NCBI GenBank assembly: GCA_964187785.1
Contig: OZ076409.1
Location: forward strand, 44,890,001-44,954,000
From: Amphiscolops sp. MND2022
Lineage: Eukaryota
Length of the DNA stretch: 64,000 nucleotides
Reading direction: 5' to 3'
Made by a program: the position numbers and the translations under genes. Shown here piece after piece: positions 1-12,043 of the stretch. Below the pieces are notes generated by a model. It did not search any database. It was not told the origin of the DNA and was given only the letters and a program-made list of their open reading frames with translations. Positions within the stretch are counted from its first letter, which is position 1; each line of letters begins with the position of its first letter.

Positions 1-3000
1 GGTGAATCCCTTTCCTTTGTGCGTAAATTTGGTAGTTACCAAATTTGGTGAAAAACTCGTTTGATATGAGTATTTTATTTTGCCATATGAAATATAGACG
101 GGAATTAAAAAACAGAATCATGACTGTACAACCGAATATGACGTGGTAAAATAGGATACAGATCATTTTCTGCTTCTATGTCTTATTCGGCAGAAAACAG
201 CAGAAAAAGTTTTGTGTTAGCCAGAAACGTGGTTCACAAGCAGAATGTGGGGCTTCGAGGCTCGCTCAAGGCTTTCTTTACAAGACGCCCGCTTGCCAGC
301 AAGATTTTCCGTCCAAACAGTTTCATCAATGACTATATTTCGATGCTCAGGAGTAGGCGTTGCAGAAAGTTTGATGAAAATGCAGAGAAGTTTGATGAAT
401 AAAAAATTGACCCTTTTTGAAAAAAATCAAACCATTTCAGAAGGAAACATTTCAAGAACACATTGAACACCAATTTGTTTTTTGTCGACCTGGGGGGATA
501 CGAAAAGCTACAATCAATTTTTATGATATTGCAGGAAAAGTCACTAAAAACGTCAAAATTTGGAAACGTTCGACATCTGGACAAGGTTGCGGTTCTTTGG
601 GGGCACTTTTCCAAGAAGCTGCATATTCATTTTCAAAAACGCCTACTGGATTTCGGGTTCAGTTGGTGTTGAATTAGGAAACTGCTCGGAAGGTTTACCA
701 AAAGGTATAAAAACATTTCGAAAAAAAGAAAATTTAGAAATTTTCAAAATTTTACCAAAAAATTTTACTACCTAGTAGGTCGTTCTAACGAACTTTTTAC
801 ATTCAAAACTGTAGTTTTTTTAAACATTCTGCTTGCCTATTTATTAGGTTTATAGTTTTCGAAGATTACATAGCAATGTTAACGTTCATCAAAAATTCAT
901 TTAAATGTCAAACAACTGCCAAAAGTTTTTTCTCTTTTGGGGTCACGTTGAGGCTCCTTTCTAACGTGTTACTGCAATTGACTTTCAAAAAGTCAACTGT
1001 TTAACGCACTTGTTCGCTCCCGAACAAATTCACTCTTCCAACGATGGCAACTACTCAAAACATCCAGAACTTTGCATAAGAAACAACTCCAAGTTTTAAA
1101 GTTCTAAATTACAAAACCTGTCAAAATTTGAAAAAAAAATGATTTGAAAAAAAACCAAAAAAATTGAAAACTTTTGAATTTTTGATTACTCAGAGTTCAA
1201 TTTTAAACTATTTTTTGAACGTGAAATTGCTATTGATTTTCACAAAGTCTATTATGGTTTGCGTTTGTTTACTGTTGAATGTTTTTCTTTTCATTTTTAC
1301 ATTTCCAATTTTACATACGAAATTTAAAATTTTTCGAAAACGTTGGAATTTCTTTGGGTCATTCTGAGATAATGTTTACCTAGACGATTGCAAAGTTTTT
1401 GTTCACAAAACGTACTGTATAGCTTGGTGAATTGTCTGGAGTTGTAGAACCATCGTATTCACCAAAAGTTTCACAAAGCATGTTCAAATTTGTCAAAAAT
1501 AGAAAAATTTTGATGCTTTATTCTTTACTCGGTTCATTTTGAGACATTTTCATAGACAAATCAGCAAATACCTCAGCCGAAAGCCTCCTGGATATCAATT
1601 CCATTTGTTGTTGAACCATTTTTTTAACCCTCGAAATGTTTAGAAAATTCATAGATTTTGCACATGACGTTCAAATTTTCTACTTTCCGACTCATTGTCG
1701 TTTTGAAAGGTTTTCATGATGTAAAACACAGTTTTTCTCATGAAAAAGAACACTGCTTTCCTAATTTTTTCGCCTTGGATTGTTTTGAACCTTCTAACTG
1801 ACAAAATTCATAAAAACTGTGAATAAAGAAAAAGAAAAAGCTACAAAAACTGGAAATTTTTGAACTTTTTGAGAATTTTGATGTTACATTCAAGCACATT
1901 TGAATAAAAAACTGCATTTTTCCCTTCAAAACGTCTTCTGGACAACGAAATTAGTTGTTGTTGAACTGTTTTAGAGTTTTAATCCATGAAAATTTTGGAA
2001 ATTTTACAGAAAATGAGTTTGAAAATTGCGAAATAAAGGATTTTGCGATACTTGTGTCATTGTGATAATTTTCTTACAAAATTGCTCCAGTTTTCCTGAA
2101 CAACCCTATTACACAACAAATTTATCCGTTGTTGAACGTATTCAACTTTTTGATTCATGAAAACTCTCGAAAATTCGACAAAAGTTGGAAAAAGGTGAAA
2201 AATTGATAATATTAGGAACTTTTGTCGTTTTCGGTCGGAATTTGAGCTTTTTTTCACTGAAAAAGCTGCCTTCAATTTCTCACAAATGCCTCTTAGACAA
2301 CGTATTCTTTCCTTTATGACCGTTTTCAACATTCCTAAGTACCAAATTTATCGAAAACTTGACAAAAACGGCATGAAAACGTTGGAAGTCGGAAAAATGC
2401 TGTTTTGGCCGTTTTTGTGGTCATTTTGGGGGTGCGTCTATTGAATTCTATGGGTTAATCCCTTTCATTTGGGTGTATATTTGGTAGTTACCAAATTTTG
2501 TGAAAAACTCGTTTGATATGAGTATTTTATTTTGCCATATGAAATATAGACGGAAATTAAAAAACAGCATCTTGACTGTACAACCGAATATGACGTGGTA
2601 AAATAGGATACAGATCATTTTCTGCTTCTATGTCTTATTCGGCAGAAAACAGCAAACAAATATTTGTATTACCCACAAACGTGGTTTACAAGCAGAATGT
2701 GGGGCTTCGAGGCTCGCTCAAGGCTTTCTTTACAAGACGCCCGCTTGCCAGCAGGATTTTCCGTCCAGACTGTTTCATCAATGACTATATTTCGAGGCTC
2801 AGGAGTAGCCGTTGCAGAAAGTCTGATGAAAATGCAGAGAAGTTTGATGAATAAAAAATTGACACTTTTTGAATAAAATCAAACCATTTCAGAAGGAAAC
2901 ATTTCAAGAACACATTGAACACCAATTTGTTTTTTGTCGACCTGGGGGGATACGAAAAGCTACAATCAATTTTTATGATATTGCAGGAAAAGTCACTAAA

Positions 3001-6000
3001 AACGTCAAAATTTGGAAACGTTCGACATCTGGACAAGATTGCGGTTCTTTGGGGCACTTTTCCAAGAAGCTGCATTTTCATTTTCAAAAACGCCTACTGG
3101 ATTTCGGGTTCAGTTGCTGTTGAATTAGGAATCTGCTCGGAAGGTTCACCAAATAGTATAAAAACATTTCGAAAAAAGAAAATTTAGAAATTTTCAAAAT
3201 TTTACTAAAAAAATTTACTACCTAGTAGGTCGTTCTAACGAACTTTTTACATTCAAAACTGTAGTTTTTTCAAACATTCTGCTTGCCTGTTTAATAGGTT
3301 TATAGTTTTCGAAGATTACATAGCAATGTTAACGTTCATCAAAAATTCATTTAATTGTCAAACAACTGCTAAAAGTTTTTTTTCTTTTGGGGTCACGTTG
3401 AGGCTCCTTTCTGACGTGTTACTGCAATTGACCTTCAAAAAGCCAACTGTATAACGCACTTGTTCGCTCCCGAACAAATTCACTCTTCCAACGATGGCAA
3501 CTACTCAAAACATCCAGAACTTTGCATAAGAAACAACTCCAAGTTTTAAAGTTCTAAATTACAAAACCTGTCAAAATTTGAAAAGAAAAGATTTGAAAAA
3601 TACAAAAAAACTGAAAACTTTTGAATTTTTGATTACTCAGAGTTCAATTTTAAACTATTTTTTGAACGTGAAATTGCTATTGATTTTCACAAAGTCTATT
3701 ATAGTTTGCGTTTGTTTACTGTTGAATGTTTTTCTTTTCATTTTTACATTTCCAATTTTACACACGAAATTTAAAATTTTTCGAAAACGTTGGAATTTCT
3801 TTGGGTCATTCTGAGATAATGTTTACCTAGACGATTGCAAAGTTTTTGTTCACAAAACGTACTGTATAGCTTGGTGAATTGTCTGGAGTTGTAGAACCAT
3901 CGTATTCACCAAAAGTTTCACAAAGCATGTTCAAATTTGTCAAAAATAGAAAAATTTTGATGCTTTATTCTTTACTCGGTTCATTTTGAGACATTTTCAT
4001 AGACAAATCAGCAAATACCTCAGCCGAAAGCCTCCTGGATATCAATTCCATTTGTTGTTGAACCATTTTTTTTAACCCTCGAAATGTTTAGAAAAATTCA
4101 TAGATTTTGCACATGACGTTCAAATTTTCTACTTTCCGACTCATTGTCGTTTTGAAAGGTTTTCATGATGTAAAACACTGTTTTTCTCATGAAAAAGAAC
4201 ACTGCTTTCCTAATTTTTTCGCCTTGGATTGTTTTGAACCTTCTAACTGACAAAATTCATAAAAACTGTGAATAAAGAAAAAGAAAAAGCTACAAAAACT
4301 GGAAATTTTTGAACGTTTTGAGAATTTTGATGTTACATTCAAGCACATTTGAATAAAAAACTGCATTTTTCCCTTCAAAACGTCTTCTGGACAACGAAAT
4401 TAGTTGTTGTTGAACTGTTTTAGAGTTTTAATCCTTGAAAATTTTGGAAATTTTACAGAAAATGAGTTTGAAAATTGCGAAATAAAAGATTTTGCGACAC
4501 TTGTGTCATTGTGATAATTTTCTTACAAAAATGCTCCAGTTTTCCTGAACAACCCTATTACACAACAAATTTATCCGTTGTTGAACGTATTCAACTTTTT
4601 GATTCATGAAAACTCTCGAAAATTCGACAAAAGTTGGAAAAAGGTGAAAAATTGATAAAATTAGGAACTTTTGTCGTTTTCGGTCGGAATTTGAGCTTTT
4701 TTTCACTGAAAAAGCTGCCTTCAATTTCTCACAAATGCCTCTTAGACAACGTATTCTTTCCTTTATGACCGTTTTCAACATTCCTAAGTACCAAATTTAT
4801 CGAAAACTTGACAAAAACGGCATGAAAACGTTGGAAGTCCAAAAAATGCTGTTTTGGCCGTTTTTGTGGTCATTTTGGGGGTGCGTCTATTGAATTCTAT
4901 GGGTTAATCCCTTTCATTTGGGTGTATATTTGGTAGTTACCAAATTTTGTGAAAAACTCGTTTGATATGAGTATTTTATTTTGCCATATGAAATATAGAC
5001 GGAAATTAAAAAACAGAATCTTGACTGTACAACCGAATATGACGTGGTAAAATAGGATACAGATCATTTTCTGCTTCTATGTCTTATTCGGCAGAAAACA
5101 GCAAACAAATATTTGTATTACCCACAAACGTGGTTTACAAGCAGAATGTGGGGCTTCGAGGCTCGCTCAAGGCTTTCTTTACAAGACGCCCGCTTGCCAG
5201 CAGGATTTTCCGTCCAAACTGTTTCATCAATGACTATATTTCGAGGCTCAGGAGTAGCCGTTGCAGAAAGTCTGATGAAAATGCAGAGAAGTTTGATGAA
5301 TAAAAAATTGACACTTTTTGAATAAAATCAAACCATTTCAGAAGGAAACATTTCAAGAACACATTGAACACCAATTTGTTTTTTGTCGACCTGAGGGGAT
5401 ACGAAAAGCTACAATCAATTTTTATGATATTGCAGGAAAAGTCACTAAAAACGTCAAAATTTGGAAACGTTCGACATCTGGACAAGATTGCGGTTCTTTG
5501 GGGCACTTTTCCAAGAAGCTGCATTTTCATTTTCAAAAACGCCTACTGGATTTCGGGTTCAGTTGCTGTTGAATTAGGAATCTGCTCGGAAGGTTCACCA
5601 AATAGTATAAAAACATTTCGAAAAAAGAAAATTTAGAAATTTTCAAAATTTTACTAAAAAAATTTACTACCTAGTAGGTCGTTCTAACGAACTTTTTACA
5701 TTCAAAACTGTAGTTTTTTCAAACATTCTGCTTGCCTGTTTAATAGGTTTATAGTTTTCAAAGATTACATAGCAATGTTAACGTTCATCAAAAATTCATT
5801 TAATTGTCAAACAACTGCCAAAAGATTTTTTTCTTTTGGGGTCACGTTGAGGCTCCTTTCTGACGTGTTACTGCAATTGACCTTCAAAAAGCCAACTGTA
5901 TAACGCACTTGTTCGCTCCCGAACAAATTCACTCTTCCAACGATGGCAACTACTCAAAACATCCAGAACTTTGCATAAGAAACAACTCCAAGTTTTAAAG

Positions 6001-7353
6001 TTCTAAATTACAAAACCTGTCAAAATTTGAAAAGAAAAGATTTAAAAAATACAAAAAAATTGAAAACTTTTGAATTTTTGATTACTCAGAGTTCAATTTT
6101 AAACTATTTTTTGAACGTGAAATTGCTATTGATTTTCACAAAGTCTATTATAGTTTGCGTTTGTTTACTGTTGAATGTTTTTTTTTCATTTTTACATTTC
6201 CAATTTTACAAACGAAATTTAAAATTTTTCGAAAACGTTGGAATTTCTTTGGGTCATTCTGAGATAATGTTTACCTAGACGATTGCAAAGTTTTTGTTCA
6301 CAAAACGTACTGTATAGCTTGGTGAATTGTCTGGAGTTGTAGAACCATCGTATTCACCAAAAGTTTCACAAAGCATGTTCAAATTTGTCAAAAACAGAAA
6401 AATTTTGATGCTTTATTCTTTACTCGAATCATTTTGAGACATTTTCATAGACAAATCAGCAAATACCTCAGCCGAAAGCCTCCTGGATATCAATTCCATT
6501 TGTTGTTGAACCATTCTTTTTTAACCCTCGAAATGTTTAGAAAAATTCATAGATTTTGCACATGACGTTCAAATTTTCTACTTTCCGACTCATTGTCGTT
6601 TTGAAAGGTTTTCATGATGTAAAACACTGTTTTTCTCATGAAAAAGAACACTGCTTTCCTAATTTTTTCGCCTTGGATTGTTTTGAACTTTCTAACTGAC
6701 AAAATTCATAAAAACTGTGAATAAAGAAAATGAAAAAGCTACATAAACTGGAAGTTTTTGAACTTTTTGAGAATTTTGGTGTTACATTCAAGCACATTTG
6801 AATAAAAAACTGCATTTATCCCTTCAAAACGTCTTCTGGACAGCAAAATTAGTTGTTGTTGAACTGTTTTAGAGTTTTAATCCATAAAAACTTTGGAAAT
6901 TTTACAGAAAATGAGTTTGAAAATTGCGAAATGAAGGATTTTGCGACACTTGTGTCATTGTGATAATTTTCTTACAAAATTGCTCCAGTTTTCCTGAACA
7001 ACCCTATTACACAACAAATTTATCCGTTGTTGAACGTATTCAACTTTTTGATTCATGAAAACTCTCGAAAATTCGACAAAAGTTGGAAAAAGGTGAAAAA
7101 TCGATAATATTAGGAACTTTTGTCGTTTTCGGTCGGAATTTGAGCTTTTTTTCTCATTGAAAAAGCTGCCTTTAATCTCTCACAAATGCCTCTTAGACAA
7201 CATATTCTTTCCTTTTTGACCGTTTTCAACATTCCCAAGTACCAAATTTATCGAAAACTTGACAAAAACGGCATGAAAACGTTGGAAGTCGGAAAAATGC
7301 TGCTTTGGCTATTTTTGTGGTCATTTTGGGGGTGCGTCTATTGAATTCTATGG
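1..7353. repeat. Tandem array, 3 near-identical copies of a ~2450-bp AT-rich unit built from diverged ~172-bp monomers; runs off the left edge
   Basis: Equivalent ORFs recur at 178/2630/5079 (periods 2452 and 2449). A GTTGAA-like motif recurs every ~166-184 bp (about 1273, 1443, 1609, 1785, 1959, 2130, 2314). Confidence 0.95.
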
Positions 7354-9179
7354 CCTTCGAAAGGCCTGCTGGTTAAGGCACGTGTTCGCTTTTGAACGTT
7401 TTCAATATTCCAACGATGGTAACTTCTCCAAAACATTCAGAAATTGGCATAAGGAACGTTGACTTTTGATTTTTCTCAGTTCCGACTCGTCATGGTCATC
7501 AGTTTCAACCCTATATTCAAAATAGCATACTTGGTAGCTTGTTTGTTTGGGTTTGATTGTTTTGAACTTCATTGGCCACAAAATCTCTCAAACGTTGTAC
7601 ACAAACTGCAGAAAAAACGACAAACTTGAACTGGGTTGTGGTAGTTTGAGATGAAACTGAGGCATTTGTCCTATGATAACTTGTAATTTGTTTCAAAATT
7701 CTCATTGAAGAAAACATTCAAAAGATAGTTCAATTTTTCAATGTTCTCGTTTTCAAACTTTTCAAAAATTGCGTTGAAAAAATCAAAAGATTTGGGACTT
7801 TTTGAGGGTTTTTCCAACGTGAAAAGGCAATTGATTTTCTAAAAGTCTACTATACTTTGCGTTTGTTTGCTGTTGAATGTTTTCATGCTTCTAACATACG
7901 AAATCTACGAACCTTCCAACAAAGTTGGAGTGTCGTTTAAAGTTTGGATTTTCCACTCCTTCGGGTTATTCTGAGACATTGCTCTTCCTAGAAAGCTACA
8001 AACGTCTGGTTCACAAGGCGTACAGCGTAGCTTGATGGATTGTCTGGAGTTGTAGGACCATCTTATTCACGAAAAGTTTCACAAACATTCTTTAACATTG
8101 CCAAAAATAGGAAAATTTTAATTTAAATACTTTTTTCGGTTCCTATTGAGACATTTTCATATATAAATCTGCAAAGATCTCCATCGAAAGCCAACGGGAT
8201 TTCAACTGCATTTGTTGAGGAACCATTCTTTTATTCTGACCCTCGAAACGTTTCGAAATTTGACAGAATTGGCACAAAAACTTTTAAAATTATCAATTTG
8301 TTTACTTTTTGACTAACGGGGGTCGTTTTGAACTGTTGCTGATGTTGAACACTTTCTTCTCATCAAAGAAGACACTACTCACCTACATTTTTCGCCTTTG
8401 ATTGTTTGGAACCTTCTAATTGTCAGAATTCAAAAATATTGCACCCAAATAAAATGAAAAAGCTACATAAACTGGAAGTTCTTGTGTTTTTCGATAACTT
8501 TGGTTTTAAATTCAAGCAAAATTTAAAAAAAAACCAATTATCACTTCTAAAGCCTACTTAAAAACAAACTCAGTTTGTAGAACAAAAAGGGAAGATTCAA
8601 GGTTTTTTTACCTTGCAGTCTTTGTGGCAATATTTTCTCAGAAAACTGCTTTAATTTCCGTGGCAAACCCTAGTGGACAACGAATTCCTTCGTTTTTGAA
8701 CGTGTTTAACGTTCTGATCTATGAAATCTCTCGAAAGGTGCCTAAACACCTGAAACATTAGTAAGATTTTGAATTTTGGTCACTTTCGGTTGCAATTTGA
8801 GCTTTTTCCCGCCGTTTGAAAACTGCTTTTTTTCTTCACAAACGCCTCACTAACAACAAATGGTTACCCGTTAGAATGTCTTAAACCTTCTAAGCAACAA
8901 AATCTATCGAAAAATTGACAATTATTGCATTAAATTGTTTACAATCGCAAAAAGTTGCTGTTTTTGCTCTTTTCGTTGTCATTCACCCATAAAATTTTTT
9001 TGACGTACCTCAGGTCAATTGAAATGTATGGGTGAATCCCTTTCCTTCGGGTATAAATTTGTTGCTTATCAATTTTGGTGAAAAAACCCGTTCGATTTAA
9101 ACATTTAATTTCCCATATGAAATATAGACGGAAAATTAAAAAAAAACAAAATCATGACTGTACAACCGAATATGACGTG
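7354..9179. repeat. Older, diverged partial copy of the 2.45-kb unit family
   Basis: Resumes at the equivalent of unit position ~982 and ends with the shared motif CATGACTGTACAACCGAATATGACGTG, also at 120-146. Confidence 0.85.
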
Positions 9180-10107
9180 CTCAACCCTAAATGGACCAGG
9201 ACATTTCCGGATCCATTCAAAAGTCTGGAGTCTGGTGTTTGAACTCTAAACCGCAGTATCTCCTAAACTATTCAAGTCCGACAAATGATTCATGGCGCGT
9301 TCAAAAGAAGGCAATCAGGGCTTTCAATTTAATTTTTGAGACAAAGTTCTTCTTTTTAGCTAAGTTTGCCGAATTTTGGATAAATTTTCCCCAATTTTTC
9401 CTTTTGTTTTTAGAGCGATTCGTACTAAAGGAGGCGCACGACTATTGCGGCTCTTCACTCGGTTTTGCCAGAACGAAAAAGACATCGGAGTTCTACGAGC
9501 GGTGTCTTTTCTGCAGGAAAGGCGTGAAAATCAGAAATTGAGGGCTATCAACGTACGCTGAGTATTGTGGTGGTGCAAAGCACTACCGCCTATACTGTCT
9601 TTACAGCCTTGAGAAAAGTTTACCGTTACGAAATCGAAATGGATCCCTGCTTATTGCTAATTCGCGACGTCTCTTGACTATGCAGTTTAAAGGCGTTGCG
9701 TGTCCCAATTTCGAAAAAAACCCTTTTGGACAGTGGAAGAAGTGTTGGCGATGAAGCGATCAAGTTCGACATTGTGGAGTGCAATCAGAAATAAGAATGC
9801 AGAGGAGTGAAAGAGTGCTTCTGTTTTCAGACGTCTGGTTGTAGGCAAGTTACGAAACGGTGGTGAATTGACAGCCGTGTACAGAGCGTGGACTTTGTTG
9901 TGCCCAACTGATCCTGCGCATTGCAAAATGTTTGGCGAGCGATTTGTGATTGAGTGTGTTTAAATTATTTGATTTGTTTAAGTTTTCAGGTCAAATTTTA
10001 TAATCAAGTGCGTATTAATCGTATTGTATTCGTGAGGACACCTGTTCAGAATCTGGGCTATGTTGTCGATTTTTCTTTTGCTATGCATGCCTGGTTTATA
10101 TGTTTTT

Positions 10108-10736
10108 AGTCGGCGCTTTTCTAGGGAAAAGTGCCCGACTCTTACAGTGGCTAGTTTTTTTTTCTTTTTTTTTTCGTCAGACTACAATCTCACTCTGATT
10201 GGGCCACTTTTCTTACAATCGAAACTACTAAAACTACTAGCATAAGAGGCCAAGTCCGGTCAGCGGAAATTAGTGCAAAAGGGTCCCCCCTTTCATTTTT
10301 TTTTACCTTTTTTACGTAACCTACAAAACCGGAAGAGACCAAAGGGTCCCCCCTTTCAATTTTTTTTTCGGCACTGTGCGAAATTTTTTTTGAAAATTTT
10401 TTAAGGTCTCAAAAGAGTCCCCCTTCGAGTTTTTTGATATTTTGCAACAAAATGTATGTTAATAAATCCCAAAGGGTCCCCCCTTTTCATTTTTCGGCAC
10501 TATGCGACATTTTCGAAGTTTTTTCAAAAAAAATTTTTCAAAAAAATTTTCAAATTTTATTTCGTTCCCAGTCGGGAAACAGTGATTTTCCAGTCATATA
10601 GAGCATGAAAGGCACACTTTGAGTGTCTCCAAAGTGTTTTCAAAGCTTTTCATGAATACGTCCTGAGCATATTTAGAAAACTTTGCGCTTCTTGAGCCTT
10701 AGATATAGCGCCGACTTTAGACGTTCCCGTCTTGTT
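10108..10736 (+). mobile_element. Non-autonomous Helentron-like element (HINE/DINE-1-like), family A
   Basis: 5' AGTCGGCGCT plus short inverted repeat GTGCCCGACT. Internal AAAGGGTCCCCC/TTCGGCACTGTG repeats. 3' subTIR AGCGCCGACT (10707-10716), then stem-loop AGACG-TTCC-CGTCT and T-rich flank. No TSD. Confidence 0.75.
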
Positions 10737-11079
10737 AGTGGCCTAATGGGATGGGTTCTAGAAGAATGGTCATGTGGGCTGAGTTTGCATGTATTGAAAG
10801 TGGCTAGATGAATTTTGGATGTCATTTCAGGCGTTTGTGATTCAAGTATTGTGGCCGTGTGTGTTGTGGGACGTTCATATTGTCGTCAGTGTGTTAACCA
10901 GTTACGGTGTGCATGTGTTCAGCGGAGAAGACGCTTTGGAAATGCATGTAGTCCACTCACCAGATGAGCTGTTCATCACACTCAAGTTGGCTCCTGTGTG
11001 GAAGACTGTCCGGTGGAAGGCAAGGTTTGTGGATTGGTATGACCATTTCGGGGGTGCAATGGCAAACCCTAAAGGCCCT

Positions 11080-11599
11080 TGTTTCGGGGTAGCTCTAAAG
11101 CTACAACGGGGGAACTCAAGAAAGAGTTCGAACTAAGAAGATTGAAGGAATTCAAAGATAGAGTTCAAACTATTGCGATTTGGATCTTGACTCAAGGCAA
11201 GAGATCTAAATATTTATTGACGGTATGAATGATAAATGAAAGAAGAAGAGTGAAAATATGAAGGCTGGTCGTTGACTGGTTAATGGGAAACACAAATGAC
11301 ACTTACACCCCGCGGGCAAGAAAAAAGTTTCAGCAGGTTTTTATATACGTTTGCATCATTGAGAATTTGATCAGTGAATAAGTGATCATCAATCGGTAAA
11401 TATTATAAATGAGAAAAGAGCAACAGTACAATCAAATAATTACAGGTCAATCGAAGTGATACAACAAAGATAAAGAAACAAAAAAGATGCGCCTTCATGG
11501 ATTCGAACCAGCGCGGTGTGGTTCAAAGGCAAGGACTGAGCCACTATGCTAAGTGGACTAATATAGAATGCGCGATCAATGTGATGTCATGCGCCAACA
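11080..11599 (-). mobile_element. 3' LTR of BEL/Pao retrotransposon (~520 bp)
   Basis: Minus strand TGTT...AACA termini, preceded by G-rich GGCCGGCGGGA. TATATAAA at ~11340-11347 and AATAAA at 11213-11218. Its end (TGTTTCGGGGTAGCTCT on plus) recurs next to the PBS at 16081. The 11599 boundary is less certain. Confidence 0.8.
11480..11556 (-). promoter_or_regulatory. tRNA-like Pol III cassette inside the LTR
   Basis: A-box TAGCATAGTGG (11551-11541), B-box GGTTCGAATCC (11509-11499), 31-nt spacing, T6 at 11485-11480. Stems too poor for a true tRNA. Confidence 0.6.
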
Positions 11600-11733
11600 T
11601 CCCGCCGGCCATGAAGTATCAGCTTCATTGAATATATGGTTACCACTCGTTCTAAGACAGTTGGCAATAATATGAAAAGCTAGCACCCGTGAATAATACA
11701 AATAGCAAATGCCTTGAGTTTGAAAAGGAGGAC

Positions 11734-11812
11734 AAAAAAGTTTTTGTACTTCGGGGATTCGAACTCCAGACCTTCTGATGAGGGATTATTGAGTTCACCA
11801 CTGCACCATCAT
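11734..11812 (-). promoter_or_regulatory. Second tRNA-like Pol III cassette, in the BEL 3' UTR
   Basis: A-box TGGTGCAGTGG (11808-11798), B-box AGTTCGAATCC (11765-11755), 32-nt spacing, T6 at 11739-11734. Confidence 0.55.
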
Positions 11813-12043
11813 CATCCATAAGGGGATTCAGTATACTTTGGGTAATTGAGTTGGGTGTGTGCGACTACATTAAAAAAATTGAAATATTGGGTGGCTTCCT
11901 TTATTTTCTTCACACACTAAACCCCCACGAGGAGTGCGGCGTGTGCTCGGCTCGAACCTCCAACATGGCGGCTCGCATTGGATCACTGTCATTATGACGC
12001 TACCGCTGTACCACTGCACGCAATTTCATTGCCGTATGGGCTG

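Noticed and set aside
178..7717. Many short ORFs in the 2.45-kb array
   Set aside because: No recognisable motifs, overlapping frames on both strands, and indels between copies. Likely chance ORFs.
9191..9926. ORFs and a possible acceptor-led exon in unique sequence
   Set aside because: No recognisable domain or partner exon; cannot be supported without RNA data.
11480..11812. Functional tRNA genes
   Set aside because: Acceptor and anticodon stems do not pair; reported only as Pol III-like cassettes.
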